The position numbers were made by a program, and so were the translations under genes. 64,000 nucleotides of DNA. It comes from an uncultured Armatimonadetes bacterium. Its GTDB lineage: Bacteria; Armatimonadota; UBA5829; DTJY01. The DNA lies in NCBI GenBank assembly GCA_963717145.1, contig OY970325.1, positions 4,992,001 to 5,056,000 on the forward strand, read 5' to 3'. A model generated the notes under the pieces. That model saw nothing but the letters and a program-made list of their open reading frames with translations, was not told the origin of the DNA and made no database searches. Position 1 is the stretch's first letter, and every line of letters starts with the position of its first letter. This document shows, one piece after another, positions 11,701-25,300 of the stretch.

Positions 11701-12646
11701 CAAGGACGTATCGGGCAACTGGTCCGCCCCCGTTTCCGATACCATAACAGTCGATACGTCTCCCCCGACGGGAACGATTGAGATCAATGACGGCGCGCCT
11801 TATGCGGCCTCGAGCACTGTGACGCTGAGCTTGTCTTCCACGGATTCCGCGCAGATGCAGTTCAACAATGAGGGCGGCGCATGGAGTGGCTGGGAGGCTT
11901 ACGCGGCGAGCAGGAGTTGGTCCCTAAGCGCGGGCGCCGGCGACAAGACCGTGTACGCGCAGCTCAAAGATGCGGCCGGCAACGTCACAACCGAGCCGAT
12001 AAGCGCCGACATCAGGGTAGTCGCGGATACCGGCACTATCCCGGCCGCAAAGGCGCTGGACAACGCCGGTGACAAGGAAGTAGCGCTCTTGAACAAGGCC
12101 GTTACTGCGGACTTCGGTGGTCACTTGTACATCCAGGAGCCTGGAGACGGATTCTCCGGAATCAGAGTAGACAAGGGCGGATTCGCGCAGGGCAGCTTCG
12201 TCAACGTGGCGGGGGTCATGAACCTGCTGAACGGCGAGCGAATCATCCAGAACGCGTCCGTGACCGCCGGAGTTGTCGGAGTAATGCCTCAACCGGTGCT
12301 CCTCTTGAATAAGAACCTCGGCGGCGCGAGTCTGAACGCGTACACGCCCGGCATAGCCGGACTGTATGGTCTGAACAACATCGGACTGCTCGTGACCGTC
12401 ACGGGCAGACTGACCAAGACCGAGAGCGGTTTCTGGTTCGTGGACGACGGATCAGCCATGCCATACGATGCGGTGATCGTCGGGATACCTGTGGACGTAT
12501 CACTCCTGAGTGCATCGAAGAAGGCTGAACTCGCGAGCCTGGATAACGTGGTTGTCACCGGCATCTGCCAGGTCGGTACGGTGAACGGTCTGCAGGCGCC
12601 GGTAGCCAAGCTGAGAGGCGACGGGGACATAGTCTACTACCGGTAA
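8798..12646 (+). CDS. Modular N-acetylmuramoyl-L-alanine amidase (GerMN-like + Amidase_3 + NBR1-like Ig + 2 FN3 + DNRLRE-like + Ig repeats + C-terminal OB-like domain)
   Basis: Signal peptide; ITLSPGHG...ED...ISLHTN...ILIELAFH Zn-amidase motifs; FN3 repeats (LSWTASTDD..V.GYKIYRD); C-terminal NKNLGG...GLNNIGLLVTVTG. Confidence 0.85.
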   Translation: MKKTVVLLITLVAICSLAGIASASNVVFYLDENGTPYGYQRADAYDVRSALNLLPTAPTLEEAGIVLTSAVPVGTVVADFGFEEDTAVVAFSADIVVGLSEARLAAIFDQVRNTLRQFGVDQSIKMLADGKALSDYLPPTPVAPQSMDMELAPPLVGVNNLAGRMITLSPGHGKRWNGSSWSTARPVYCSPLNQEDYHNLENAQYLETYLAQDGATVKMMRCTDKNYGASPWAGGEQWWRMGACYWLQHLGYPGWVYGPGGTNLGEGGSDDTNEIQSRPLSSDYDGSDIYISLHTNGSAGDCGGLSCPTGTCTYYDAGTEHGPWGAVSQDLATDVNNAMIEAIRNRYPDAGWSNRGVLDSSGGFGEIRIPDRAAILIELAFHDSCDMDALKLRDNFFRSTTMWAVYKGTCDYFGTTPTWDYYSDEFVSHDIPAAMTVGERYTVHVTMRNRGVLWNDAAGFHLGAVGDSDPCTTTTRQPISGEVNPGSEYTFTFQLRAPLATGTYTTDWQMVRDGFQWFGPTVSQTIEVTGIPDTEPPTVPTGLTATPENEIRVNLSWTASTDDRVVIGYKIYRDNVQIGTSATTSYSDLTCQPSTAYTYEVSAYDDFFNESGRSLPALATTPVPSPPTVPQNLHGTGSTTSTISMAWDASTDNVAVVGYRVYRNGIQVGTTAGTTYTDTGLNYTTSYTYEVDAYDAVPSYSAKSTPAVLSTQTPSFYTWTRTTSNGDCYIRSGATGTTGDNAGIQAGWSTSTAIAARRGLVQWNMTGAPAQAAIVNAGNSVRVKMYCYLRSSNSARNIDLRKVNANWTEGTATWANMSANYSGVFATTPVGAVGDYTWSWNGFNAGLPEQSRGVQVYNQAETEGSMVKIFNDLENFGGTGGATLPRLEVDYYDIVAPTSCTISINGGAAYTSGAAVTLTLSAADFPSGMSQMQFSNDGTNYSAPETYATGKSYTLPEGDGLKTVYVKYKDVSGNWSAPVSDTITVDTSPPTGTIEINDGAPYAASSTVTLSLSSTDSAQMQFNNEGGAWSGWEAYAASRSWSLSAGAGDKTVYAQLKDAAGNVTTEPISADIRVVADTGTIPAAKALDNAGDKEVALLNKAVTADFGGHLYIQEPGDGFSGIRVDKGGFAQGSFVNVAGVMNLLNGERIIQNASVTAGVVGVMPQPVLLLNKNLGGASLNAYTPGIAGLYGLNNIGLLVTVTGRLTKTESGFWFVDDGSAMPYDAVIVGIPVDVSLLSASKKAELASLDNVVVTGICQVGTVNGLQAPVAKLRGDGDIVYYR

Positions 12647-12670
12647 ACCTCGGCTCAACCGACTAACGAC

Positions 12671-12706
12671 AAATGCCGCCTGGTGAAAACCAGGCGGCAT
12701 TTTCTT
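12671..12706. terminator. Intrinsic terminator between convergent genes
   Basis: AAATGCCGCCTGGT-GAAA-ACCAGGCGGCATTT hairpin followed by TCTT. Confidence 0.85.
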
Positions 12707-12751
12707 GCGCGCCACGCCCGGCGGCGATTCGGCGGACTCCTGGTTGTGGAA

Positions 12752-15361
12752 TCATCGCACCTCATCCGCCGGAGAACTCGGCGTGGCTGTTCGTGCCTCG
12801 CTATGCACTGAGAGGCCGAGTGTGCCGCCCACTTGCAGCACCCCGCGCCATTCAGTCACGCCACCCTCGGCCTTTTCGGCACGGAATCCCTTCGGGAGCG
12901 CGAGATAGCGCAGCCCCTTGCCGGTGATCATGACGCCGTCGCCTCTGGGGTCGAAGCTCACGTCGATACGGGATCCGCGGACACTGAGATTGCTCACACC
13001 CGAGGCGTTCGGCAGGCGGACAAGAACCGGCGCGCCGTCCCCGTACATGATGCCGTTGTGCCACAGTGAGGCGTCGATGATGCTCGCTGCCCCAAAGATC
13101 GATGGAGCGACGCCTATCGGGCGCGGCGGGTACGCGTCCTGGTTGTACCATTCGGAGAACTCCCCGGCGGCGACGATGTCGCGCATGATCGACTCGGCGT
13201 ACTGGGCCGTCTCCTGCACGAGACCATACTGCCATGCGCCTCTCAGGGTGTAGCTCATGCTCGGATGTTTGCTGAGATTCCAGATCATGAACGGCGTCTC
13301 CGAGCTGAGGCTCGACTTGAAGAGCTTGACCAGGCTGTCCTTCTCGGGCTGTTGAAGGATGCCTATGGGCAGCACGATGGCTGGGACTGACCACGCGTTG
13401 TCAGGCGCGGCCCGCTGCTTCGTCTGATCATCGTAGATGCGATAGACCGGACCTCCCGGCGTCTCCCAGAACCATTGCCGGAACTTGCCCGCAAGCTCCA
13501 CAGTCTGCGCCTGCCAGTACTTGGACTCCTGGGGCATTCCCAGAGCATCCGTGATGTAACCGGCATACCGCATGTCCATGAGGTCGTGAACGACGAACTC
13601 GATGTCTTTCATCCCGGGCGAGGTGAGGCCCTTGAAGATCCAGCGGGGATCGTCGATCTTCCACTGAAGCAGGCGCTTGATGGCCGGGTAGCATTTCCGC
13701 AGGCGCTCCTTGTCCGGAGTCTCCGAGTACAGCGTCCAGGCCACCTGTGCATGGCGCGACGGGAGTCCCTCTCCTCCCATAGTCCCGTTTGCGTCCACCA
13801 GTGACATCATGCCCTCGAACGCCCGCCAAGTCGTCTCGGAATCGATGCAGGCGTAGAACAGCATGGCGATCATGCTTTCCCACTGAGCGGAGGCGCGTGA
13901 CTTGGGGTGACCCTCGGCCCAGAGCGAGGGCTTGCCGGCTGCCAACTGCGGGTACGGATAGCCATTCTCGGGCATCGGCGGCAGGACATTCGCCGCCAGA
14001 AAGACCCATGCGCGGTAGTAGGTGCGCCTGATCTGCTCGGGAGTGACGCCTCGGTACTTCATGAGATGCAGATCGAAGTCCGCCGGACGCGGCGCGCGGC
14101 TGAGCATCGTGTTCCAGGTCGCCTCCCGTTCCTGCAGGGATTTCTTGAGAGCAGGGACCTCCGCCATTCCCGCCGCCTGCGAGACCAGATCCGCAGTCGC
14201 TCCGGTACCAGGGGCAAATCGCGCGACAACGGCGATATCGTCGCCGGACTTCACTCCGTCGAGGGCCAGCGCCCACGTGCCCTCGGCGACATCAGGGCTG
14301 AGGTCGCCGGTCAGTGCCTTCACAGGTGAAGTCGCCGCCCCCAGCCATCTCGCAGGTCTGTTCAACGCAATCACGGCGCGCAGTCGCTCGGACGCGAGTA
14401 CCAATGCCTGACGTTTGCCATCCCATCGAACGCTGCCGTCCGGGAAGCAGCCTCGCAGGATAAGCGACGTGGAGGACGCCCGGCTGATGTGGATCATCTG
14501 CGCGACGGTCGATTCGTCGGGGAAGAATGTCGTGGTCTGCAGATCGAGCCGTATCTCGGGGCACTCGGCCTCGCAGACGATCTCATGCGGCGCCCAGACG
14601 GTGCGCTTCAGTGACAGCGTGGGGAAGTCGCTGCTCAAACCGACCCACCGGAGTGTCGAGCAGTCGATGCTCGCGCCGGGCTCTCCAACCACGAAGAGCT
14701 TAACGGCTAGCTTCTTCTTCCCGTGCCAGCCGGTGACGGCGCGCACATCGGCCGCGAAATCTCCGGAGTCCGCGGTGTCGCCTTTCAGGTACGTATCGGC
14801 GGCTTGCGTACCATCGCTCACCTTGAGCGCCCATCGCGATCCGTCATGGCTTTGGACACTGAACAGGAGATACGGAGTCTCATCCAGATCAACCGTAAGT
14901 GTCCCCGCAACGTGTCCGAAACTCCGGCCACTGAGGGTCACGTGAACCCCGGACTCGGCGAAATCGGCGCTGACATCCTGGTTGTGCCAGGCAATCGGCT
15001 TGCCTCTCAGCAGATCGATCGATCTCCCAACGATCCCTGTGGAAGAATCGACCCCTTTCCTTGAGGGCTGCCATGACCAGAACATCGGCAGCTTCACCGG
15101 CTCATCTCCGCCGACCCAATAGGCAAGGTTCACGGGCAGCGCGGGTCCGAATCCCTCGGCAATCGGCGATTTCATGGGGAGGAAGTCATATCCCCCGGCG
15201 GGATTGATGACCAGTCGGCTCTGCGGAATGCTGAGCCATCGAGGCCCGTTGATCGATTCCCGCAGCATCCGACAATCGATCTTCTGCGGCGAACCTGCAA
15301 CGGAAGGCATGCTAAAGATGAGAAGGGCAGCGGCGGCGAGGAGTGCGCATTTGATGACCAT
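12752..15361 (-). CDS. Secreted glycoside hydrolase-like protein (C-terminal (alpha/alpha)6 barrel, GH63/MGH1-like)
   Basis: Signal peptide; 'YYRAWVFL..N', 'AQWES', 'GEFSEWY...SIFGA' resemble six-hairpin glycosidases. Confidence 0.55.
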   Translation of the reverse strand: MVIKCALLAAAALLIFSMPSVAGSPQKIDCRMLRESINGPRWLSIPQSRLVINPAGGYDFLPMKSPIAEGFGPALPVNLAYWVGGDEPVKLPMFWSWQPSRKGVDSSTGIVGRSIDLLRGKPIAWHNQDVSADFAESGVHVTLSGRSFGHVAGTLTVDLDETPYLLFSVQSHDGSRWALKVSDGTQAADTYLKGDTADSGDFAADVRAVTGWHGKKKLAVKLFVVGEPGASIDCSTLRWVGLSSDFPTLSLKRTVWAPHEIVCEAECPEIRLDLQTTTFFPDESTVAQMIHISRASSTSLILRGCFPDGSVRWDGKRQALVLASERLRAVIALNRPARWLGAATSPVKALTGDLSPDVAEGTWALALDGVKSGDDIAVVARFAPGTGATADLVSQAAGMAEVPALKKSLQEREATWNTMLSRAPRPADFDLHLMKYRGVTPEQIRRTYYRAWVFLAANVLPPMPENGYPYPQLAAGKPSLWAEGHPKSRASAQWESMIAMLFYACIDSETTWRAFEGMMSLVDANGTMGGEGLPSRHAQVAWTLYSETPDKERLRKCYPAIKRLLQWKIDDPRWIFKGLTSPGMKDIEFVVHDLMDMRYAGYITDALGMPQESKYWQAQTVELAGKFRQWFWETPGGPVYRIYDDQTKQRAAPDNAWSVPAIVLPIGILQQPEKDSLVKLFKSSLSSETPFMIWNLSKHPSMSYTLRGAWQYGLVQETAQYAESIMRDIVAAGEFSEWYNQDAYPPRPIGVAPSIFGAASIIDASLWHNGIMYGDGAPVLVRLPNASGVSNLSVRGSRIDVSFDPRGDGVMITGKGLRYLALPKGFRAEKAEGGVTEWRGVLQVGGTLGLSVHSEARTATPSSPADEVR

Positions 15362-15464
15362 TATTCTTGTTTGACTCCCATGGATGACTCACTGTGCGTT
15401 TCTTCGCGATTGGCTGCACTTCCTCTTCCACGTCGGGCTGGGGTACTTTGCCCTTGAGAAAGTG

Positions 15465-15498
15465 CGATCCCCTGACGACTCCCGTCGTCAGGGGATCG
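15465..15498. repeat. Short inverted repeat
   Basis: CGATCCCCTGACGA-N6-TCGTCAGGGGATCG. Confidence 0.6.
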
Positions 15499-15570
15499 TG
15501 CTTTGCCATCCGCTCTCGGGCTTGTCGGCAAAAGTCTTTTCGGAAAGAGTTCACGATCAAGGATAGTGGT

Positions 15571-15638
15571 TGTCATTCTGAGCGAAGTGAAGAATCTGGC
15601 CGAGCGCAGACAGATTCTTCACTTCGCTCAGAATGACA
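15571..15638. repeat. REP/REPIN-like palindrome, family A copy 1
   Basis: TGTCATTCTGAGCGAAGTGAAGAATCT...AGATTCTTCACTTCGCTCAGAATGACA; same arms at 61571. Confidence 0.85.
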
Positions 15639-15686
15639 TCCGCGAAGCGAAAGTATCAATGATCGTGAGTTTTTTTTCGCAAAGTG

Positions 15687-15740
15687 TTGACAAACCGGAC
15701 AAGATGGGGTATAACTATACCATACCCCGGTAGGGTATGG
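15687..15740 (+). promoter_or_regulatory. sigma70 promoter plus CsoR/CstR-type operator
   Basis: TTGACA(15687)-17 bp-TATAAC(15710); palindrome CCATACCC-CGGTA-GGGTATGG (15720-15740) directly before the repressor gene. Confidence 0.85.
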
Positions 15741-15751
15741 AGGATCATGTC

Positions 15752-16024
15752 ATGTCAGAGAAGGACGAGTTGTTGGCGCGATTGCGCAAAGTCGAAGGCC
15801 AGATAAGAGGCCTTCAGAAGATGATCGAAGAGGAACGCGCATGTTCCGACGTGATCACACAGGTTGTTGCCGCGAGCAAAGCATTGGACAAGGTCGGATT
15901 CATGGTGGTGAGTCACAGCGTGCAGGATTGCGCGACTCGGAGCATGGCGACGGGCGAGGAACCGACCGCCGCTCTGGGCGATGCCATCAAGACGCTGATC
16001 GATCTCGCCAAGCGGGGACTATAG
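15752..16024 (+). CDS. CsoR/RcnR/CstR-family transcriptional repressor
   Basis: LLARLRKVEGQIRGLQKMIEEERACSDVITQVVAA...C family signature. Confidence 0.9.
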   Translation: MSEKDELLARLRKVEGQIRGLQKMIEEERACSDVITQVVAASKALDKVGFMVVSHSVQDCATRSMATGEEPTAALGDAIKTLIDLAKRGL

Positions 16025-16038
16025 CAGGGGGTGTCTCG

Positions 16039-17349
16039 ATGTTCAACAAGCATCTCATTCTCATATCGGCGCTGGCAATCCTGAGCGCGTCAGGGTTCGC
16101 CGATACTACCGGGCCGCTCGATCTGCAGGAGGTCTGCAGGATGGCGGCTCAGACGAATCCTGCCTTGGCAGGCGCCCGTGCGAATGTGGAGCTGTCCGCT
16201 GCAGCCGCTAAGAAGGCGCGCGGAGTGATGCGGCCGTCGGTGTCGGTCAGCAGCGGGTACCAGTACGTGAGCAAGGAGACGGTGTTCGGCAGCACGCCGA
16301 TTCTCGAGCAGAACACCGTCGTCAACAGGGTCGAACTCATGCAGCCGATCTTCACCGGTGGGGCACAGCAAGCAGCAGCCCGCTCCGCCGAACAGGGATT
16401 GTATGCCGCCAGGAGTAACCAGTCGGTGGTCAAGAGTCAGGTCGTGACGGGCGCCGCCGCGGCCTACTTCCGGGCAAAGCAGGCCAGGGAAGCGATCAAG
16501 GTGGCGGAGAGCAGCATCAAGTACCTGGAGTCGAGCTACGATGCCGCCCGAAAGATGCACGTCGAAGGTGTCGTGACCAATTCGGATGTGCTTCGCTCGG
16601 AGGTAGCGCTTACAACGGCGAAAGACCGGCTGATCCGGTCGCAGAATGACTACGCCACGGCCCTCGCCGCGCTCAAAACGGCCATCGGGCTGCCGCAATC
16701 GGCAGCGATAGAACTCAGTACCGACTCGCCCGACGCGGCGCTTCGAGGCATCGACGCTCTCCCCGCTCGTCGCCGGCCGGAGGTCGAAGCAGCGGAGTAC
16801 TCAGTGAAGGCGGTGGGTGAGCAACTGCGAGCTGCTCGGGCGGCAAGACAGCCGCAAGTGGGGCTGGTGGCCGACTTCCAGAACCAACCCACGGGCGCGG
16901 AGTTCCCCCGTCTTTCGAACACTTTCGGAATAGGTGTCGTGGCGAGAATCAATATCCTGGACGGCGGTCAGATCAAGGCGGGCGAACACGAGGCGCAGGC
17001 CTCGGTAGACCGAGCCAGGGCCGATCTGATGAGCGTGACTCAGTCAACCGAGTTCCAACTCGAGTCGGCGAGACTCACGGCAAACTCCGCCAGAGAAAGA
17101 GTGAACGCGTTGGCCACACAGGTCAAGTCAGCCGAGGACAGCCTCCGCGTCGTCCAGGCCGGGTACACGGAAGGCATCAACGTGATGACCGACGTTCTGT
17201 CCGTCGAATCCATGGTTACGGCGGCCAAGGTCTCCGTGCTCGCCGCGGAGTACGACCTCAAGATCGCCGAATTGAACCTGCTCCTCGCGTTGGGGCAGAC
17301 CGACATCCTGAATCGAGTTCAGGATGACAGAATAGGAGGAATATTATGA
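16039..17349 (+). CDS. TolC-family outer membrane efflux protein
   Basis: Signal peptide; NPAL.GA, QPIFTGG, AAYF, EG..T.SDVL repeats typical of OEP/TolC. Confidence 0.9.
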   Translation: MFNKHLILISALAILSASGFADTTGPLDLQEVCRMAAQTNPALAGARANVELSAAAAKKARGVMRPSVSVSSGYQYVSKETVFGSTPILEQNTVVNRVELMQPIFTGGAQQAAARSAEQGLYAARSNQSVVKSQVVTGAAAAYFRAKQAREAIKVAESSIKYLESSYDAARKMHVEGVVTNSDVLRSEVALTTAKDRLIRSQNDYATALAALKTAIGLPQSAAIELSTDSPDAALRGIDALPARRRPEVEAAEYSVKAVGEQLRAARAARQPQVGLVADFQNQPTGAEFPRLSNTFGIGVVARINILDGGQIKAGEHEAQASVDRARADLMSVTQSTEFQLESARLTANSARERVNALATQVKSAEDSLRVVQAGYTEGINVMTDVLSVESMVTAAKVSVLAAEYDLKIAELNLLLALGQTDILNRVQDDRIGGIL

Positions 17350-17537
17350 CTATCAACCGCATGCTGAGGCTTATCGCCGGTTCGTTCATCATACTGAGCG
17401 TTGCGCTCGCCTACTTCGTGAACATGAAGTGGCTCTTCTTCACCGCATTTGTCGGGGTCAACCTGGTGCAGTCCGCCTTCACTGACTGGTGCCCCATGAT
17501 CACCTTACTCCGCAAGCTTGGCGCGCGGGAAGGATAG
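17346..17537 (+). CDS. DUF2892 (YgaP-like) small membrane protein
   Basis: RMLRLIAG...FVGVNLVQSAFTDWCP motif. Confidence 0.9.
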   Translation: MTINRMLRLIAGSFIILSVALAYFVNMKWLFFTAFVGVNLVQSAFTDWCPMITLLRKLGAREG

Positions 17538-17550
17538 GATTGGAGGTCCG

Positions 17551-18995
17551 ATGATGGGCAAGAGACAGAAGACTATCGGAATCGCCTTGGCGGTTGTCGC
17601 ATGCCTGGTCGCGGTACTGTGGATGATGACGCGCAGGGGTGGGGGCGTGGAGAACGCGTCTGAGAGCACTGAGCGACCTGTGAAAGTGGCGGCCATCGTG
17701 GTCACGTCGCGTCCGATCGCCGACGAGGCATCGGCTTCCGGGACGATCAGGCCTCTCCAGGATGCGCAGTTGGCGGCCAAGATCATGAGCACCGTGACCG
17801 AGGTCTACGTCAAGGAAGGCGACCACGTCCGCAAGGGGCAGGTGCTCGTCCGCCTGGAAGCGAGAGACCTCTCGACTCAGGTGTCATCCGCGAGTGCCGC
17901 AGTCAACTCGGCGCAGTCGATGAGCAGGAAGGCTCAGGCCGCGATCGAGCTTCAGGCTGCTCAGACCAGCGCGAGCATAGCCAGCGCTCAGGCTACCTTG
18001 GAGATGGCCCGCCAGCAGTTGTCATCTGCCAAGGAGGGCCCGCGCAAACAGGAGAAGACCCAGGCCGACCTCGCCGTCGTACAGGCGGAAGCGCAGTACA
18101 ATCACGCGCAGACCGAGCTTGGGCGCATGACCAGGCTCTATGAGCAGGACGTGATCCCCAAGCAGCGGCTCGATTCGACACAGACGCAGTTCGAGGTCGC
18201 GAAGGCCCAACTCGGAATAGCGAGACAGCAGGCGGAGATGTCCCGGGAAGGTGGACGCAGCCAGGATGTGCAGGCCGCGCAGGAGCGGGTCAGACAGGCG
18301 GAGGAGGCTCTGCGTCTGGCGAAGGCTTCTGCGGTGCAGAACAAAATGGCGAAGCGCGACGCTCAGGCATCCGCCGCCATGGTCTCCCAGGCGCGGGCAG
18401 GTGAGTCCGCGGCCAGAGTGCAACTGGGTTACGCCACGATCGTTGCCCCGTTCTCAGGAGTCGTCGCCGCTCGATTTGTGGACAAAGGAGATATGGTCTC
18501 GCCCAGCGTTCCCGTGATGATGATCGAGGATGATTCTCTGTACAGACTGGAAGCGACCGTGGCCGCCAGGGACATCGGTGTGGTATTCAAAGGCATGACC
18601 GTCGGCCTGGAGTTGGGGACCGCCAAGCGACTCGGCCGGGGCCGGGTCAGCGTCCTGTCGCCATCCGGTGATCCTGCCTCCCGCAAGTTCCTGGTGAAGG
18701 TCGATATCCCCGATTCGATGCCGGCACTGACGGGTGACTTCGGCCGAATGTCGTTCGCGAGGGGCCATACGCAGGGGGTCGTGTGCCTCAGACCGCAGTC
18801 CACGATGAGGGCGGCATCCTGAACGTCTATGTCGTCGGTCCGAACAATCGCGCCGACATGCGGATAGTGCGCACAGGTCGAACCACAAGCGAGGGTGTCG
18901 AGGTGATCACGGGCCTCAAGTCGGGCGACAGAGTCATCGTCGCCGCCTCTTCCTCGCTGCACGATGATGCTCCCGTTGAGATCATGGGGAGGTAG
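17551..18995 (+). CDS. RND efflux membrane fusion protein, frameshifted near 18785
   Basis: N-terminal TM, lipoyl-like halves (VKEGDHVRKGQVL; IVAPFSGVV); C-terminus (PQTAV...GVEVITGLKSGDRVIV) continues in another frame. Confidence 0.85.
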
Positions 18996-19001
18996 GCTGT
19001 A

Positions 19002-22220
<3,219 letters not shown>

Positions 22221-22232
22221 CCCCGATGAAGA

Positions 22233-22268
22233 AGTGAGGGCCGGCGACTGCCGGCCCTCACTCTCTTT
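22233..22268. terminator. Intrinsic terminator after the RND operon
   Basis: AGTGAGGGCCGGC-GACT-GCCGGCCCTCACT then CTCTTT. Confidence 0.75.
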
Positions 22269-22371
22269 CAGGCTCGTGCGGTGTGCCTCAACCTGATGGC
22301 ATCGGCGAGCACCCCACGGTCTGTCTTTATCATGCGGGGGCGCTTAGCGTAGCTCCCCCGACTTCAGTCGG

Positions 22372-25300
22372 TTAGTCACCATTGATCTGCTGGAACCTGG
22401 CGCCGTCAGCGACAACGATCTTACCGGTCGCTCCCGTGCCGTTGCCGAGCTTCAGGTAGCCGGCAGTCCCAATGGCGAAGTGCTTGTTACCAAGCAGCAG
22501 TCTCCAAGCTCCACCGTTTATCGACTGATTCCAGTTCACGAGCTGTGAACCGCCGTCCCAATAGACAGTGAACTTCGAGTTGGTCGCCCTGTTGGATCCC
22601 TGCGCATACCAGATGTAGGTATCGTAGTATCCGGCATAAGCGATCGTCGGCCGCCATACCGCCGTCTTGCCCTCGGTCACGGCAGTACTGGCGTACTTGT
22701 AGTTAGTCAGGTACTTATCCGTGCCTGACGTAGATGTCGTCCACACACCCGTGAAGGTAGCAGCCGGGTTGTCGATGATGATGTTTGCATACGCAGGAGT
22801 GGTGATCTGGAACGGAGCGCTAAGACCAGATGTATTTCCCGCCGCGTCGTAGGCATTTACCGTGAAGGTATATGTCGTACTCGGCGTGAGGAAACCACTC
22901 TCGCAGATCTCGTCCACTGATGTAGTCAGCCAGACACCGTTCTTGTACAGGTTGTACCCGGTGACTGCGACGTTATCCGTGGAAGGATTCCAGTTCAGAC
23001 TGACCCTTCTCGGCCCAACGACATGACCGGTAAGACCGGTCGGAACGCTGGGCGGTATGGGGTCAGTAGTTGAGGTCAACAGGAAGCGCATTGCATCAGC
23101 AACGACGATAAAGCCTGTCGCTCCTGTGCCATTATGCAGCTCGACCGAGTTTCCCGAACCCTGCAGCATGTGCGTGTTCGTGCGCAAGGTCACCCATGCT
23201 CCGCCGCCCGCCTGCTGGTTGATGTTGACGGTCTGCGTACCGCCACCCGTGCCAGTCCACGTGACGACATGCGGAGCGTTAGTCGCTCTGTTGGCTCCCT
23301 GAGTGTACCAGCAGTACACGGTGTACCAGCCGTTTACGTCAATCGGTGCAGTGAAGGTCGCCGAACCAGTTTCGGCAACAGCAGTGCTCCGGAAGACATA
23401 GTCGGCGCCGTACTTACCGGTCGTCGAGGTACCTGAGGTCCATGCGCCCACGTATGTGCCCGCAGGGTTGTCCATGATGATGTCCGTCACTGACGGAGTC
23501 GTGATGACCTTCGCCGTACTCTGCGCGGAGTTATTTGACCGCGCATCGTAGGCGCTCACGGTGTAGCTGTACGTGGTGTTACCCCAGCAGGTGAGGTCGG
23601 AGTAGCTGGTCGTGGCGCTGGTGCCGATCTGCACACCACCGCGGAAGACCTTGTATCCGGTCACACCGACGTAGTCCGTGGAAGCGGTCCACGTCAGGTT
23701 CACCTGGGTCCGCGAGATCGCAGTCCCGTTCAGGTTCGTTGGTACGGTCGGAGGAGTCACGTCCGTGGTGGTCGTGCCCTGTACGCCGGTGCACAGCGCG
23801 GACAGGTTGTGGTCTGCATCTTCGGCCTGCACCTGATAGGTGTAAGTAGTAGATGCGATCAGACCGGTATTCGAGAAGGAGTTCGTCGTCGTAACGGCGA
23901 TCTCCACGCCATCGCGAACAACCCTGTAGCCGGTTACGCCCACGTTATCGGTGGATGCGGTCCAACTCAGGTTGATCTGTGTCTCGGATATCGGTGTCGC
24001 GGCCAGACCGGTCGGTACGCTCGGAGGCGTGCCATCCAAGGTCCTGGCCTGTATAGGCCGGGCTCTTGGCCGACTCGTTATCCTCCGCGTCGTAAGCCGA
24101 CACCTCATAGGAGTACTCGGTGTACTCCGTCAGGCCGGTGTCTGAATACGACGTGACAGTGCTCGTGCCAACCTGTACGCTATTGCGGAAGATCTTGTAT
24201 CCGGTGACTTCGGTATCATCGGTCGAAGTCGTCCAGGCAAGATCGATCGCGGTGGTAGACACGGCGTTTGCCACAGTGATGGTCGGCACGGAAGGAGGCT
24301 CGATATCGGCGCCGGGCATCAGTATGTCGACAGCAACGCTCTTCGCCGATTCGTTTCCTACAGTGTCGTAGGCCGATACTTCGTACACGTACCTGGCTCT
24401 TGCTACACAGGTCATATCCGAGTAGGAGTTCGTCGCGCTGGTGCCGATCTGAACGCTGTCCCGGAAGACCTTGTAACCGGTGACTCCGACGTTGTCGGTC
24501 GAAGCCGTCCAGGTCAGGTTGGCCTGGGTCTCAGACGCGGCCGTCGCGGCCAGGTTGGTCGGAACGGTCGGCGCGGTCGTGTCGGTGTACGACAGCTTGA
24601 TCGCGTCGGCCATGATGCTCAGCGCGGTCTCGCCCGTACCGTTGTGGACCTTTATATTCCCTGCAGTACCGACAGCGAACGGATGCCTGCCGAGCAGGTT
24701 CCATCGGCCTCCGCCTGATGTCTGGTTGACATAGTAGGTCTGGGTGCCACCGTTGTATGAGACCACGTACGGCGCCGCCAGCGAGCGATTCGCGCCCTGC
24801 GGGTACCAGCATGAGAGGTCATAGGTACCACCGACGAGGATATTCGGTCTCCACGTCGCGGACTTGGTCTCAGTGGCTGCAGAGGTGCAGTAGGCGTAGT
24901 CTGCTCCATACTTATCAGTGGAGGCAGTACCCGTGGACCACGAACCAACATACGTGCATGCCGGGTTGTCGACGATGATGTCTGCAACCACGTCATTGCC
25001 GAGTGTTGTGAACGTGTAGTCAGTTGACTGCGCCAGATTCCCTGCGCCGTCTCTGCTCTTCACTCGGTAGTGATAGAGGGTGTTCGGCGAGAGGCTGACG
25101 AGCTGAACCTGATGGTTCAGTACGAGCTGCGAATCCTCGGTAGTCTGACTACCGTAGCCGGTCGTCAACCCGTACTCGACCTGGCTCTTCGCTCCCTCGT
25201 TCGTATCCCACTTCACCTGTGCATTCGATCCCCAGACATTCTGAGTACCGACATTCGAGATCACAGGCGCTGTGGAGTCCGTTCCGAGAACGATGTCCAG

